Assembly (NCBI GenBank): GCA_964019425.1
Contig: OZ025791.1
Coordinates: 558,001-622,000 of the forward strand
Source: Flectonema sp. DT1601
Taxonomy: Eukaryota
Direction: 5' to 3'
Length of the DNA stretch: 64,000 nucleotides
The notes beneath the pieces are model-generated. The model had not been told where the DNA came from and ran no database searches. It worked only from the letters and a program-made list of their open reading frames with translations. Position 1 is the stretch's first letter. Each line of letters starts with the position of its first letter. Of the stretch, positions 14,063 to 24,594 are shown piece after piece. Made by a program: the position numbers and the translations under genes.

Positions 14063-14508
14063 CGTTTCCTTTTCCTCCCTTTTGTTTGTTTTTTTTGTTT
14101 TTTTTTCCCTTTCTCCCTATGGGTGATGCCAGCAGTACCTTTGCATAGATGTATAAAGCTACCAAAAGCTCATCTTTTTCTACACTACTCACACTCAGAG
14201 TTGACTGCCTAAGGGCGAATGCTATTAATATTCCTATGTCGAAGTACAAGAATAACCAATACAAGAGTAGAGTACCAATGGCGTTACTCGTTTTCGAAGG
14301 AATTTTCGGTGGATAACAAACTAATTTTTTCGGTGACTAGTTGCCAAAATGTTCTTTCTTTGTTTGTATTTGAAGTATCCACATTAATTAATTATAGCTT
14401 CTTAAGTGGGTTGGTACCTCACCGTTGCTAGTGATTCGAGGTTTAAGGGAAAGGGGGAGCAGACCTCAACCAATACCCAACGAGCCTCTATTCTCAGAGC
14501 TCGTTGAA

Positions 14509-14542
<34 letters not shown>

Positions 14543-14880
14543 ATCAGAAAATAAGGAAACAAAGTGCTTGGAGAAAACTGAAAATACGTGCAGTATGAGT
14601 GCTGCAGAAGCGGGGGGGGAGAAAAAGAAGAAAGAATACTAAGAAAGATGCTAATAGACTTTTGCAAAGAAGATCTTGAAGACACGAACGCGTGTTAATT
14701 TGAACTAAACATTTTTTTTTAAAAAAAAGAATGTTCAACTCTCATGATCAGAAATCTTCTTTCCATATTTAGAGTGGAAGTTATAATTATTTTATTTTTT
14801 TAATTCTTTTTTTTTATTCTTTTTTTTTTTTAATAAAAAGGTCTAAGTCCATAAAGAAAACGAGAACAACACCAATAGTA

Positions 14881-15447
14881 CTAGTCAATAAATAACGGTG
14901 TCAGTGGTGTCAAAGGCGGCTCTGATTCCAAGCAAGAAGTAGCTGGTGACGGTGCTGGACTAAAATTAATAGAAGTAAAATCCGGAGCATCATTCACAAA
15001 GAGCTCCCAATCGAGGTGACCAAGATATGATTCTTCGATTCGGTTGATTTCTTCAAGTGTTATCCCTCCAATATTAGCATAATGCTGTAATGAAAGCCTC
15101 ATGTCATCGAGATACTTTGTAGCTACCATAAAGGCTGCAAGAGTAACACGGTGAATGTTAAGACTAGTCAGTTGTACCCTTGCCGAAAATCTCTCTAAGT
15201 GTGTAGTCATAACATCGAAGACACCAGGGCTACATCTTCCGTATTTACATATCCTGACTAGAAAATCATGAACGCTAAGCTCTGCCACCCATCGACCATC
15301 TAAATCAGTCGTCGGTACCAAACCTTTCTCTCTTAACAAATCCCCTTCATAACAAGCTTCCTGAAGCATTTCAGCGAGATGCGGAAGTGCCGTGTGAAAT
15401 GATGGATTATCAGCAACTTCTACAAAACTTCTCTTATTCGACACCAT
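14881..15447 (-). CDS. PHO80/U-type cyclin
   Basis: Cyclin box: FLVRICKY..CSPGVF..LTSLNIHRVTLAAFMVATKYLDD..YANIGG..EINRIE..LDWELFV. Confidence 0.88.
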   Translation of the reverse strand: MVSNKRSFVEVADNPSFHTALPHLAEMLQEACYEGDLLREKGLVPTTDLDGRWVAELSVHDFLVRICKYGRCSPGVFDVMTTHLERFSARVQLTSLNIHRVTLAAFMVATKYLDDMRLSLQHYANIGGITLEEINRIEESYLGHLDWELFVNDAPDFTSINFSPAPSPATSCLESEPPLTPLTPLFID

Positions 15448-16689
15448 TTTGTGTATTTTAGGATGGCTGAGAGATAAGAGAAAACTTACATAACAAATCA
15501 ACCAAATAGTGAACTAAATACTAATGACCTGTACATCTCTTAACACAGGAAGAGGACTGGGTAAATGCATTGAGCATGCAGTTACTTTTAAGCATGAAAA
15601 TGCTTAGTAATTACAGCATGCCGTACTTGATAGAGAAAGTGGACTTTAGTTCAGTTTCTCGTTTTTTTTTTTTTTTTAAAGAACAATGGGACTCATATCG
15701 TAACGATGGAGTTGGTCAATAATCTTTTGTCTCTATTTATCAGTGTACTAATATTAAACAGAAGTGAAAAAAAAAAAAAATTTAAAAAAGAAAAGGAAGA
15801 AGACAACAGCGAGAAGATTCGCTGCCGACAATTACATGGATTTTTCTTTTTTTTTTTTTGCATTCTTTTTTTTTTCTTCCCCGTTTCCTGGTTAAACATC
15901 ACTGCCACAAGGTTTAAAATTATTGATTAAAAATAATCGAAGCCTCACTAAAAAACTATCTCACACTTAGTTCTTGTTTGTGCAACAGAAAGTAGTTAAT
16001 GTCAACAAAATGGGACAAAAACCATTCAGATTGGCCTTGTATTTCGCTGAACGCAGACAGAGAATCTTGTCGCACGGGAAAACAAATCATAACCATTAAA
16101 AAATAAGGGTTTTATCTGAATAGTTTTTTCTCCGACTACGTCGGTACAACACATCAGGACGGGTAAAGCAAATTTTTGTGTGCAAACAATCCGTGCAAAC
16201 TTCTTATCAAAGTGTAAAAGAAGAAATCAACTTATTCTTTAGAATTTTTTTTTTACCAGTTTGTCTGCCAAGACCCCATCTTTGCTTTGCAAAGGTGTCT
16301 TCATGACTGATAGCAGACGTGTTTCGCGAGAAATCGCATTTACACTCTCAGCTGTGTTGGCTCAGGTGTGTGTTCCCAGAGGTACAAAATAACAAGGGGA
16401 AAAAATCTCTACCTCAAATTCGGCAAGTTCGATTCTGGGTGGCGGATTTTTTAACTACAGACCAAGGCACTTTTTTTTGAAAAGAGTTGGCGGTTTCGGA
16501 AACTTTTGTTCGGATTAGAGGTTTTCCCAAAAGCAAAATAATCGAGAGGGAGATAATTAACAAAATACAAATAAAGAAACAAATAAACCAAAAAAAAAAA
16601 AAAAAAAAAAAAAAGTAATCAAAATAAGCAGTTACTCTCTAACTAACAGATTTGGAGTCTACTTCAGCTGGAAAGAAGAAATAGATCAA

Positions 16690-19600
16690 TCAAGAAGATG
16701 GGGTAGCTGCTAAGGGATTTCTGTCTGATATCGCTGTGCTGCTGGACGTTGACTGACTTATACTTCTGCTTTCGCTTTTACGATCTTTCGGGTGTACAAA
16801 TGACACAACAGATTTCCTTCTTGCTTGTTTTTCTGCGACAGGAGAAGCTTGTCTTCGATTGCGACGGATCGATGAACTGAAAACTCCGCTGCTACTAATT
16901 CTACGAAGGGAATCAGCCCGAGCTGGGTTAATCGGATTTGCAAATTTTTGATACGGAAGTGGAACGTCTGTATCTCGCAGCATTGCTTTCCGTTCTTTAT
17001 GTCCCCTCCATATCTGTTGAATTCTAATTGCAGCAAACGAAACAGCAACAATTCCACACCCAACAGGTCTATTTGGGAATAAGAGATCCCATCTTTTTGA
17101 TATAATATTTAAATGCTTTGACCAAGCAGGAGATGCAACATCTGTTCGAAGTTCGTTCATTTCTCCAATAATACGACCATCTTCCATTGAGAGACTCCAT
17201 GTTAGTGCTAACATTAGATCGGAAAAGTGAACTGTGCTGTCTTTTGTTTCACGTAATCGTCTCCAGACATGTGCTGCTTTGCGTTTGTTGACTTGAATTG
17301 CTTCTGAGTGATGTTCTTGTGAAAATCCTAAAGGAGGACCAACGACTTGCATTAGGACAGGTAGTTTTCCAGTTTGAATCATCCACTGTCCTTCTTTTTG
17401 TTCTCGTTTTAGAAATTCGGATATAAAATGATCGACTTCTTCTACTATGAGAGGAGCGTTTGATTCATTGAGCACTTTGTCATATCCTGATAATATGATC
17501 GCGATCAGTAAATTCAAAACAACAAACATTACAATACATATGAACGTCACGAAGTATATAACTGCAAACCAACTATTCGGACAATCACCCATCTGTTCAG
17601 AGCAGTACGGAGGTGATACTCTCCTGCAATCAGCCATAATGCACTGCCATTCTTCACCAGTACTAAGACGAAATAAGAGAAGCATTGCATATCCAAATGA
17701 AGAGAAGTTTGCATGAACAGAAATACACTTTCCAGGAATAGCCATTCTACCGAACATATTAACACCTATAACAGCATACAAGAAATACAACAGTGAGAGC
17801 AGTCCAGCAACATTAACTAAATCAGCTAAGGAAAGCCACAGAGTTCGAAATAAGTTTTTAACTCCTTTGGCTCCTCGTACTACTCGTGTGATTCGTATAA
17901 GTCGTAGGACTCTAAATACTGATGTGACGACAGGGAAAGAATCATTAACCCCTCTTAATAAGTGACCAGCAACTGATGTAATTACAACAACGAAATCGAA
18001 TCGATTCCATCCGGCGACAAAATAAATCTTTCCATGAGACAATACTCTCAACAATAACTCTATAACATATGCGACGACGAATCCTTTATCGATTTCTTCG
18101 AGAGCTCGTGTGTACGTCTCTGGTTGTCCTTCGTGTTCAGACCCAATCAGAAAAACATTAAGTGCTATGATTACATAAACGCATCGATCAAAATAAGGAT
18201 GAACACACAGTCTTCTTGCAGCTTTAGACGCCCACCAATTCAATACTGCTTGTCTCTCATTAAAGGCTCTATTCGAACCTGATAGCGCAACTTGTTGTAT
18301 TCTGACCCATTCTTTCTGAACGGGTGATAGAGCGATTCCGATATTTTTCAATTCTTCCTTCTCTTTTGCTTTGTAGTAATGCTCTATGAGTACACCTATG
18401 AAGAGGTTAACGATGAAGAAAGAACCAAAAACAACGAATACGATAAAATAAACAGCCCAGAACGGTTGATTATTCTTTTTCGGAGCACGTCCAGGTTCGG
18501 TTCCGTCCATGCCAAGGTGCATCACTTGAACCCAACCTTCGAGAGTACTCATTTCGAATAGCACAAGAAGTGCTGCACCTACATGATTGAAATTTGAAGA
18601 AAACAACTCCCAAGTACCAACACCATCATTCAGACAGTCCTCTTCTGTTTGTAGTTCAGGGAGATCTCCCCAAGTGTGATGAGTGCACGCATAGAATTGA
18701 CCTTTGAAAATATGAACACCAAGAATTGCGAATATTACAAAAATAAGACCCGTCACCAACCCTATATGAGCTATTGGTGCCATCCCTGATAAAAGTGCTT
18801 CTATAACTAGTTTCATACCGATGGACTTGTTTATGAAACGAAGTGGACGAAGTGTTCTGATCATTCTAAATAATCCAAACTGACGATCATTTACAATAGT
18901 TGAGACAGCTGATAACACAACAATTAAGAAATCTAATTTATTCCACGGATCTCTTCTTAGGTACGCATCAGGGTGAAGAACAAACCCATACGCTAATGTT
19001 CTTAACAGAGCTTCAGCTGTAAAACAGCAAAGGAGAAACATATCAATCGCTTGAAGAGCTTTTGGAATATCTTCATCAGGAGCAGCTATTGGATTATACA
19101 TCGCAAGAGATACTGTTGAAAGACTAATCAAAAGTATAATAAGTACCTCAAAGTATGGATGCTCAACTAGATTCTTAAAGAATACTCTGACAGTATTCGT
19201 ACTAGAGCAAAGAAACAACGCTCGGTAGGTACGTTGTCGAGCAACAGGTGCTTTAGTTGGAACTATCACAAAACTATCTGTTTGCTCAGCGCTACTAGTC
19301 ATATGATATAGTGCACGCTCTTCTTGAGAAGATAGATTCCTGCTTAGAGGCGTGTGGTTCCCTTCTCCTTCTTCAGCAGATAAAAGTGTGAAAGGAGCAC
19401 TCTTTTCTTTCTCAATGGTCGGTTTATTTTCACTAACTTGTGTTTCGCTCTTCACTCGAGTAGCTGAATCCCCAGCAGAGTCGGAAAACTTTGATTCATT
19501 CATTTTTAAATGATCAATAGCAGGTCGACATCTCTGAAGAGGATTTTTCACTTCCAAATCACTCAATTCTGAGGCGACACTTTCGCGGGATTCTCTCCTT

Positions 19601-22600
19601 TTGGACTTCTTTGATTTCTTAGGTACAGAATTGTCACCTTGCAGAGGATTCAAATCACGTGATGATTTTCTTTTACTTTTCTTTGACTTGCTGCCTCGAC
19701 GTGAAGTCCTTGGCTCACCTGAAGCACCACTGCTACGTGATGTACGCCTTTTCATCTTTTTATCTTTAGTATCTAATTCGATGCTGTCACGAGATGATTT
19801 CCTCCGACTCTTCCTAAGTGTTTTGCTGGTTCTGCGAGAAGAGCGTGGCGATGATTCGCCTGTCGAAGAAATACTACCGGCTCTTGATGAACGCCGTTTA
19901 CCCTTTCTTGGTGATTTGGAAGTGATGCTACTTTCACCGAATGAATTTGCTCTTTTTGAAGACGTTTTACTGGCTGGACTTGAGCATTGGGTTTTCATTG
20001 CTGAAGGCAGCTCAAATGACTTTGAGGAAGCAGAGCTGCTATGTGATGATCCATCTCTTTTTCTACTTTCAGAAGATAGACTCAGTTCTGAAAGCCCACT
20101 TCCTTTTCGTAAATCCTTTGCAGTTGGTGACACGGCATCACTAGATCGTGTTGAAACAGAGCTGCGAGATGACATTCGTTTTTGTCTTCTTGGAGATGTC
20201 GCGTCGATGCTGAAATCTGACAGACGTGAAACTGCTGGTGATATTTCATCATCAGATCGAGATGAAAGACTTCCTCGATTCTTTAACCATTTCCCCCCTC
20301 CTGAGATCGGATCATTAAATCCCAACCCCCCATCATCTTCACAGAATTGATTCTTCGGTTTCTGCTGTGGTTGGACTGGTGACGCAGGTTCAACGTTTAT
20401 ATTATCTTCAAATTGCTCGTCGACGATACTCTCCTCATCTGTTGAGTCTTCTGTTTCTAAAACTACGTCCGTTTTCTGAAATTCATTAACTTGATATCTA
20501 TCTGGGAACTTTGTTTCACTAAATGAAACAGTTCTATCTAAATATTGTGATGCTTCAGATCTTGGGCTTTGAACAGAACGAGAACCTCCAACTCGTAGTA
20601 TACTAACAGTGCTCATTTGTTTACGTGGGGGTTCGTGAGTAACATAAGCATCTTCGCTATTATCATGTAAGGTTGCTAAATTTAATGCTCCAGTTGAAGT
20701 TACAGGGACGTCAGCTAGTTGAGGTAGCTTTGGAATGTTCGTGTTGACTGGTTGAGGTTGTTGATAACAACCTGACTTTATATTATCCGCACGACCTACG
20801 TTCGGAATTGTTGGTATTTTGAATCTTTCATCAGAAAATTCCATCAACGAATTAAATCTACTCTCCGGTTGTGAATCCCAAACCACTCCAATCGGAGCTT
20901 CTTCTTCCCCGACAGTCAACATCTCCGCAAGCATTCTAAGACAATTTGTATCTGCCTCGTCAGGAGGTTTTTCTTCACAAACGAAATCACAATTATTAAG
21001 CAACACAGCGATAAAAAGGTTTAGAACTATGTAGTTTCCGAGGATGAACAGCGATACGAAATAAAGTGAAAACAAAACTGGATTTCCGCGAGAACGCATA
21101 CCGTTATACATAATAGTATTCCAGTCCTCAGCAGTTATAACTTGAAAGACTGTTAGAAGAGCCCATCCCAAGGTATCGAAATTCTCACGAGGTAGATTCT
21201 CACAAAAATCATCAGAACTATATTCATATTGCGATGAGGGGAGGAGACCACAAAAACGAGAACCAAACAAATGCATTCCAAGTTGTGCATAAATTACTAA
21301 AACTAAAGCCAACAACAAAGTCAAAAACATAACTCCCTGAAGAGACTTTCCAATCGCTGTAATGGTTAACCACATATTCGGAAATTGCTTTGCTAATTTA
21401 AAAACTCTAAGTAGTCGAAAAGCTCTAAAAACACTTATACCAGACCGTTGACCATCTCTCTGATGTGACAAGATGACGATGTCAAGAAGAGAAGTCAAAG
21501 AAACAAACAAATCGAATAAGTTATTTCTCGATCTGATGTATTTTTTAATTGGAAATGCTGTCAGTTTTAGTAGAACTTCAGCAACGAATATGGTTGTGAA
21601 TACAATGTTTGACGTGTGATCTATTTTTTCAATTTCCGAAGGCTGCTTGTGGTGAACGGATGCCATGACTATCGTGTTGAGCACAATAGTAATAGTTATG
21701 AAATGGTCAAAGAATTTATTGGAAACAACCGAACGAAGTTTTTCTCGAAGACGACCAAACACATGTTGATAAGGAGACGCACCACCCTCACTTGATAACC
21801 GTTTCTGTAATGTTACTGGACCTAACTGAGATGAGTCTTGAACTTGAATGACTGAAACCGTTTGTTCGAGTTCAGCTTCCCTGGTACTAAAGAATATCGT
21901 ATTTATGGTGACCAGTGCTAGATTTGATACAAAAAACGATCCAAACAATATAACCAACACGAAAAAGATAGCAGCGCTCGCATGGGATGAATCCATAGCA
22001 TTGTACATCACTGATACCCATCCTTCCATAGTCACTAATGTAAACATTGTTAGAATCGAAACTCCCAAATTATCAAACGACGTTTGACCATAATTAGGAT
22101 TATCAACTGTAACACAACTATATCCCCAAGGACAATGGTATCCAAATGAAACAGTCGCTCCAGGCTTACATGTTCTACTTGGGTCATCAAGAAGTGTTAT
22201 TTTTGCGTTTAATGTCAGATCAGGTCGGCATCTATATTTCAACTTTCCATGCCAAAATTGAACAGCAACAATCCCAGTAACAACAACAAAGAAGAAATAC
22301 AAACACAAAACATCTGCAAGCTGTCCTAACGATCTCAATAAAACTGTTATGATAAGCTGTAATCCTTTAACATGAGTAACAGCCTTGAGAGGACGGAGGA
22401 CTCGAAAAGTTCGTATCGCTGTCAACCCTACCTGATCATTATTAACAAGTAATTCAAGTGTCATTGTACAACAGGATATCAGAACTATAACAAAGTCTAG
22501 TTTATTCCAAGGATCTCGTATGTATGAATTAGGTTTGGCGTAGAACCCTTGCATATATATCCGAGCGATGGCCTCAAATAAGAATATAACAGTGAAAACA

Positions 22601-22872
22601 TATTCAACGTATTGAAGTGATTTATTTCGAGTAGTTTTGTTAGAAGTGTCTGTTGGATCAATTGCGCAGAGTGCGATGCAATTTAAAGTTATGAAGACGA
22701 GAACGATTCTGTCAAACCACTTTCCGCGAAGGATTCGATGGCTTGGTTGCTGTACAAGTGGCTCACCAAAGTAAGAAGCAAATGACGTTCTTCTCAACGA
22801 AGAATGTCGTAACCGCGAGCTAGTCGCTCTTGCAAACCCCGGCAACTGCTCTGTGAGTTCCGATGCTTCCAT
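16690..22872 (-). CDS. Four-domain voltage-gated Ca2+ channel alpha subunit (EEEE filter)
   Basis: Four 6-TM repeats with Arg-rich S4 segments. Pore loops TMEGW/TAEDW/TLEGW/TGEEW. C-terminal IQ motif IQQIWRGH. First ATG is at 22872. Confidence 0.93.
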   Translation of the reverse strand: MEASELTEQLPGFARATSSRLRHSSLRRTSFASYFGEPLVQQPSHRILRGKWFDRIVLVFITLNCIALCAIDPTDTSNKTTRNKSLQYVEYVFTVIFLFEAIARIYMQGFYAKPNSYIRDPWNKLDFVIVLISCCTMTLELLVNNDQVGLTAIRTFRVLRPLKAVTHVKGLQLIITVLLRSLGQLADVLCLYFFFVVVTGIVAVQFWHGKLKYRCRPDLTLNAKITLLDDPSRTCKPGATVSFGYHCPWGYSCVTVDNPNYGQTSFDNLGVSILTMFTLVTMEGWVSVMYNAMDSSHASAAIFFVLVILFGSFFVSNLALVTINTIFFSTREAELEQTVSVIQVQDSSQLGPVTLQKRLSSEGGASPYQHVFGRLREKLRSVVSNKFFDHFITITIVLNTIVMASVHHKQPSEIEKIDHTSNIVFTTIFVAEVLLKLTAFPIKKYIRSRNNLFDLFVSLTSLLDIVILSHQRDGQRSGISVFRAFRLLRVFKLAKQFPNMWLTITAIGKSLQGVMFLTLLLALVLVIYAQLGMHLFGSRFCGLLPSSQYEYSSDDFCENLPRENFDTLGWALLTVFQVITAEDWNTIMYNGMRSRGNPVLFSLYFVSLFILGNYIVLNLFIAVLLNNCDFVCEEKPPDEADTNCLRMLAEMLTVGEEEAPIGVVWDSQPESRFNSLMEFSDERFKIPTIPNVGRADNIKSGCYQQPQPVNTNIPKLPQLADVPVTSTGALNLATLHDNSEDAYVTHEPPRKQMSTVSILRVGGSRSVQSPRSEASQYLDRTVSFSETKFPDRYQVNEFQKTDVVLETEDSTDEESIVDEQFEDNINVEPASPVQPQQKPKNQFCEDDGGLGFNDPISGGGKWLKNRGSLSSRSDDEISPAVSRLSDFSIDATSPRRQKRMSSRSSVSTRSSDAVSPTAKDLRKGSGLSELSLSSESRKRDGSSHSSSASSKSFELPSAMKTQCSSPASKTSSKRANSFGESSITSKSPRKGKRRSSRAGSISSTGESSPRSSRRTSKTLRKSRRKSSRDSIELDTKDKKMKRRTSRSSGASGEPRTSRRGSKSKKSKRKSSRDLNPLQGDNSVPKKSKKSKRRESRESVASELSDLEVKNPLQRCRPAIDHLKMNESKFSDSAGDSATRVKSETQVSENKPTIEKEKSAPFTLLSAEEGEGNHTPLSRNLSSQEERALYHMTSSAEQTDSFVIVPTKAPVARQRTYRALFLCSSTNTVRVFFKNLVEHPYFEVLIILLISLSTVSLAMYNPIAAPDEDIPKALQAIDMFLLCCFTAEALLRTLAYGFVLHPDAYLRRDPWNKLDFLIVVLSAVSTIVNDRQFGLFRMIRTLRPLRFINKSIGMKLVIEALLSGMAPIAHIGLVTGLIFVIFAILGVHIFKGQFYACTHHTWGDLPELQTEEDCLNDGVGTWELFSSNFNHVGAALLVLFEMSTLEGWVQVMHLGMDGTEPGRAPKKNNQPFWAVYFIVFVVFGSFFIVNLFIGVLIEHYYKAKEKEELKNIGIALSPVQKEWVRIQQVALSGSNRAFNERQAVLNWWASKAARRLCVHPYFDRCVYVIIALNVFLIGSEHEGQPETYTRALEEIDKGFVVAYVIELLLRVLSHGKIYFVAGWNRFDFVVVITSVAGHLLRGVNDSFPVVTSVFRVLRLIRITRVVRGAKGVKNLFRTLWLSLADLVNVAGLLSLLYFLYAVIGVNMFGRMAIPGKCISVHANFSSFGYAMLLLFRLSTGEEWQCIMADCRRVSPPYCSEQMGDCPNSWFAVIYFVTFICIVMFVVLNLLIAIILSGYDKVLNESNAPLIVEEVDHFISEFLKREQKEGQWMIQTGKLPVLMQVVGPPLGFSQEHHSEAIQVNKRKAAHVWRRLRETKDSTVHFSDLMLALTWSLSMEDGRIIGEMNELRTDVASPAWSKHLNIISKRWDLLFPNRPVGCGIVAVSFAAIRIQQIWRGHKERKAMLRDTDVPLPYQKFANPINPARADSLRRISSSGVFSSSIRRNRRQASPVAEKQARRKSVVSFVHPKDRKSESRSISQSTSSSTAISDRNPLAATPSS

Positions 22873-23029
22873 TCTACTACACGTCACCTATCCTATCTCA
22901 TTAACAAAAAACCTTTACATGCTCATATAACTTTATATTCTCTGTAGACAAATAAACTGATATTGGTATTTCAAACTCCTCAAACAAAGAAAACAAAACA
23001 GAACAAAGAAATACAAACGAATCCATAAT

Positions 23030-23977
23030 TTAGTACATTGGTTTAAAGTTTGAACAATCAATATCAACAGCAATATCAGAGTGTGGGAATGTCTGTTTTT
23101 GTGGTGTGAATGCGTCGTCAACGACCTTTGTATCGGTGGCGGCATCTGTTTTAGTAACAAATAAAGGATTTATACTATTGCTGAACTGTGGATCTGTTGC
23201 TGGGGTTCGAATGCTTGTATACTGAGGTTTATTCAAAGCAACCGATGAAGTGTCAGCATCACGATTCTGCTCACTGAGCTCAAGATAACGTTTATTGCGT
23301 TGTTCTTGAGAGAGACGTTCAACTGATTGCTCAAAAGATTTCGTAAAGTCGAAAGCTCTTGGAGGAGCTCTGTTGTGAATTGTTATATTTGATTGCGCTA
23401 GTTGAAGTGTCTCAGAGTTGTATACAGGAAGACCTGCCCATACTTGACGACCATGAAAACGCTCTTGAAGATAAAACCACCAATCATCAAAGTCTTCAGT
23501 AGTAAGTGCTTCTAAATCAAGTGTTTGAGATTTAGTTACGATTGAAAACGAAAGTTCGACTCTCTTGTCATCAGAAAGCCTACTATGAGCTGTGCTAACA
23601 GGTCCTAATTGGATTGCTAAAATGTCTCTGAATGAGATCTTATGATCAGTCGCTTGTAGATTTCTATCTAATTGTGATCGTGATCCGATATCTTTCCTAG
23701 AGACTCTAACTTCTTCATTTCCTAAACCTACTCTCTTCAGTTGTTTCTTAGCACTACCAAAGGCATATTTCCACATAACCATTCCCTGTTTTAGTCGCTT
23801 CTCTCGAGCTTCTCCTTCGTCTTCTCCTTCGTGATTTCCCAACTTCTCAGTTTCTATATAAGTCATGGCAAGTTTCTCTCCTCTATTACGACGATGATTT
23901 CTAGCCAAAAGAGCTAACCCAACGACCCCCAACAACAAAAACAGAAGCGACAGAAACGCGACGAACCAACCCGGCAT
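23030..23977 (-). CDS. N-terminal TM anchor plus PLC-type PH-domain protein
   Basis: Hydrophobic N-terminal helix. PH-like motifs LKQGMVMWKY..ISFRDILAIQLG..SFSIVTKSQTLDLEA..FDDW. Confidence 0.7.
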   Translation of the reverse strand: MPGWFVAFLSLLFLLLGVVGLALLARNHRRNRGEKLAMTYIETEKLGNHEGEDEGEAREKRLKQGMVMWKYAFGSAKKQLKRVGLGNEEVRVSRKDIGSRSQLDRNLQATDHKISFRDILAIQLGPVSTAHSRLSDDKRVELSFSIVTKSQTLDLEALTTEDFDDWWFYLQERFHGRQVWAGLPVYNSETLQLAQSNITIHNRAPPRAFDFTKSFEQSVERLSQEQRNKRYLELSEQNRDADTSSVALNKPQYTSIRTPATDPQFSNSINPLFVTKTDAATDTKVVDDAFTPQKQTFPHSDIAVDIDCSNFKPMY

Positions 23978-24594
23978 TGCTCAGTCAAGTGCTGTGTGAA
24001 AAATATGGTTTTTTGAAAGGTTTTCAGTAGAGTGATTGGTGGGTAGCTTCAATCAGGATAATAATGTGGACTTCCTGTGTAAAATAACTCACTATTCATG
24101 CGAAAAGACATCTTACCGCGACAACAAACCTGCACTGAGCACTACGAGACACTTTGTAAGTGTGTTTTCATTCTTGTTTCTATTTTATCTTTGTAGATTT
24201 TTTTTTTTTCATCTTTTTTTTTTTTTCCATCATTTCGGGGGGAACTTCTTTTTTTTTTTTTTTTGCTGCAGTGCACTAACAGCCAACACTATTTATGAAG
24301 TAACTTGATATTGTAATTAAATATAAAGCAACTTGAAACTGGCTAAAACTAAATTAAGGTTCGGCCAAACCTGGTTGCCATGTAAAAAGACCGTGGGAAG
24401 GGGAGAATCGTATTTCTTTTATTTACTAGAAGTCGCTGATCAGTCCAAGAGTGAAATATTCCTTTTGCAATTCAGTTACCCAGCTCAGTTAGGATAGGCA
24501 ATAAGGATTAGCTGCTCATGAATACTGCAATTTTCGCAACAGGACACTACTTGTCTGTAAATACCCCTTTGATGTCACGTTGGAGGGTAGCTGC

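Noticed and set aside
935..14738. Many short Phe/Lys-rich ORFs in the track
   Set aside because: They are translations of poly(A)/poly(T) tracts in UTR or intergenic DNA.
19601..20350. 249-aa plus-strand ORF and other antisense ORFs
   Set aside because: These are shadows of low-complexity or real minus-strand coding sequence.
22873..23030. Splice fusion of the PH gene to the Ca2+ channel
   Set aside because: No frame-preserving donor/acceptor pair found. A U-rich CAG at 22942 fits an independent 5' end for the channel.
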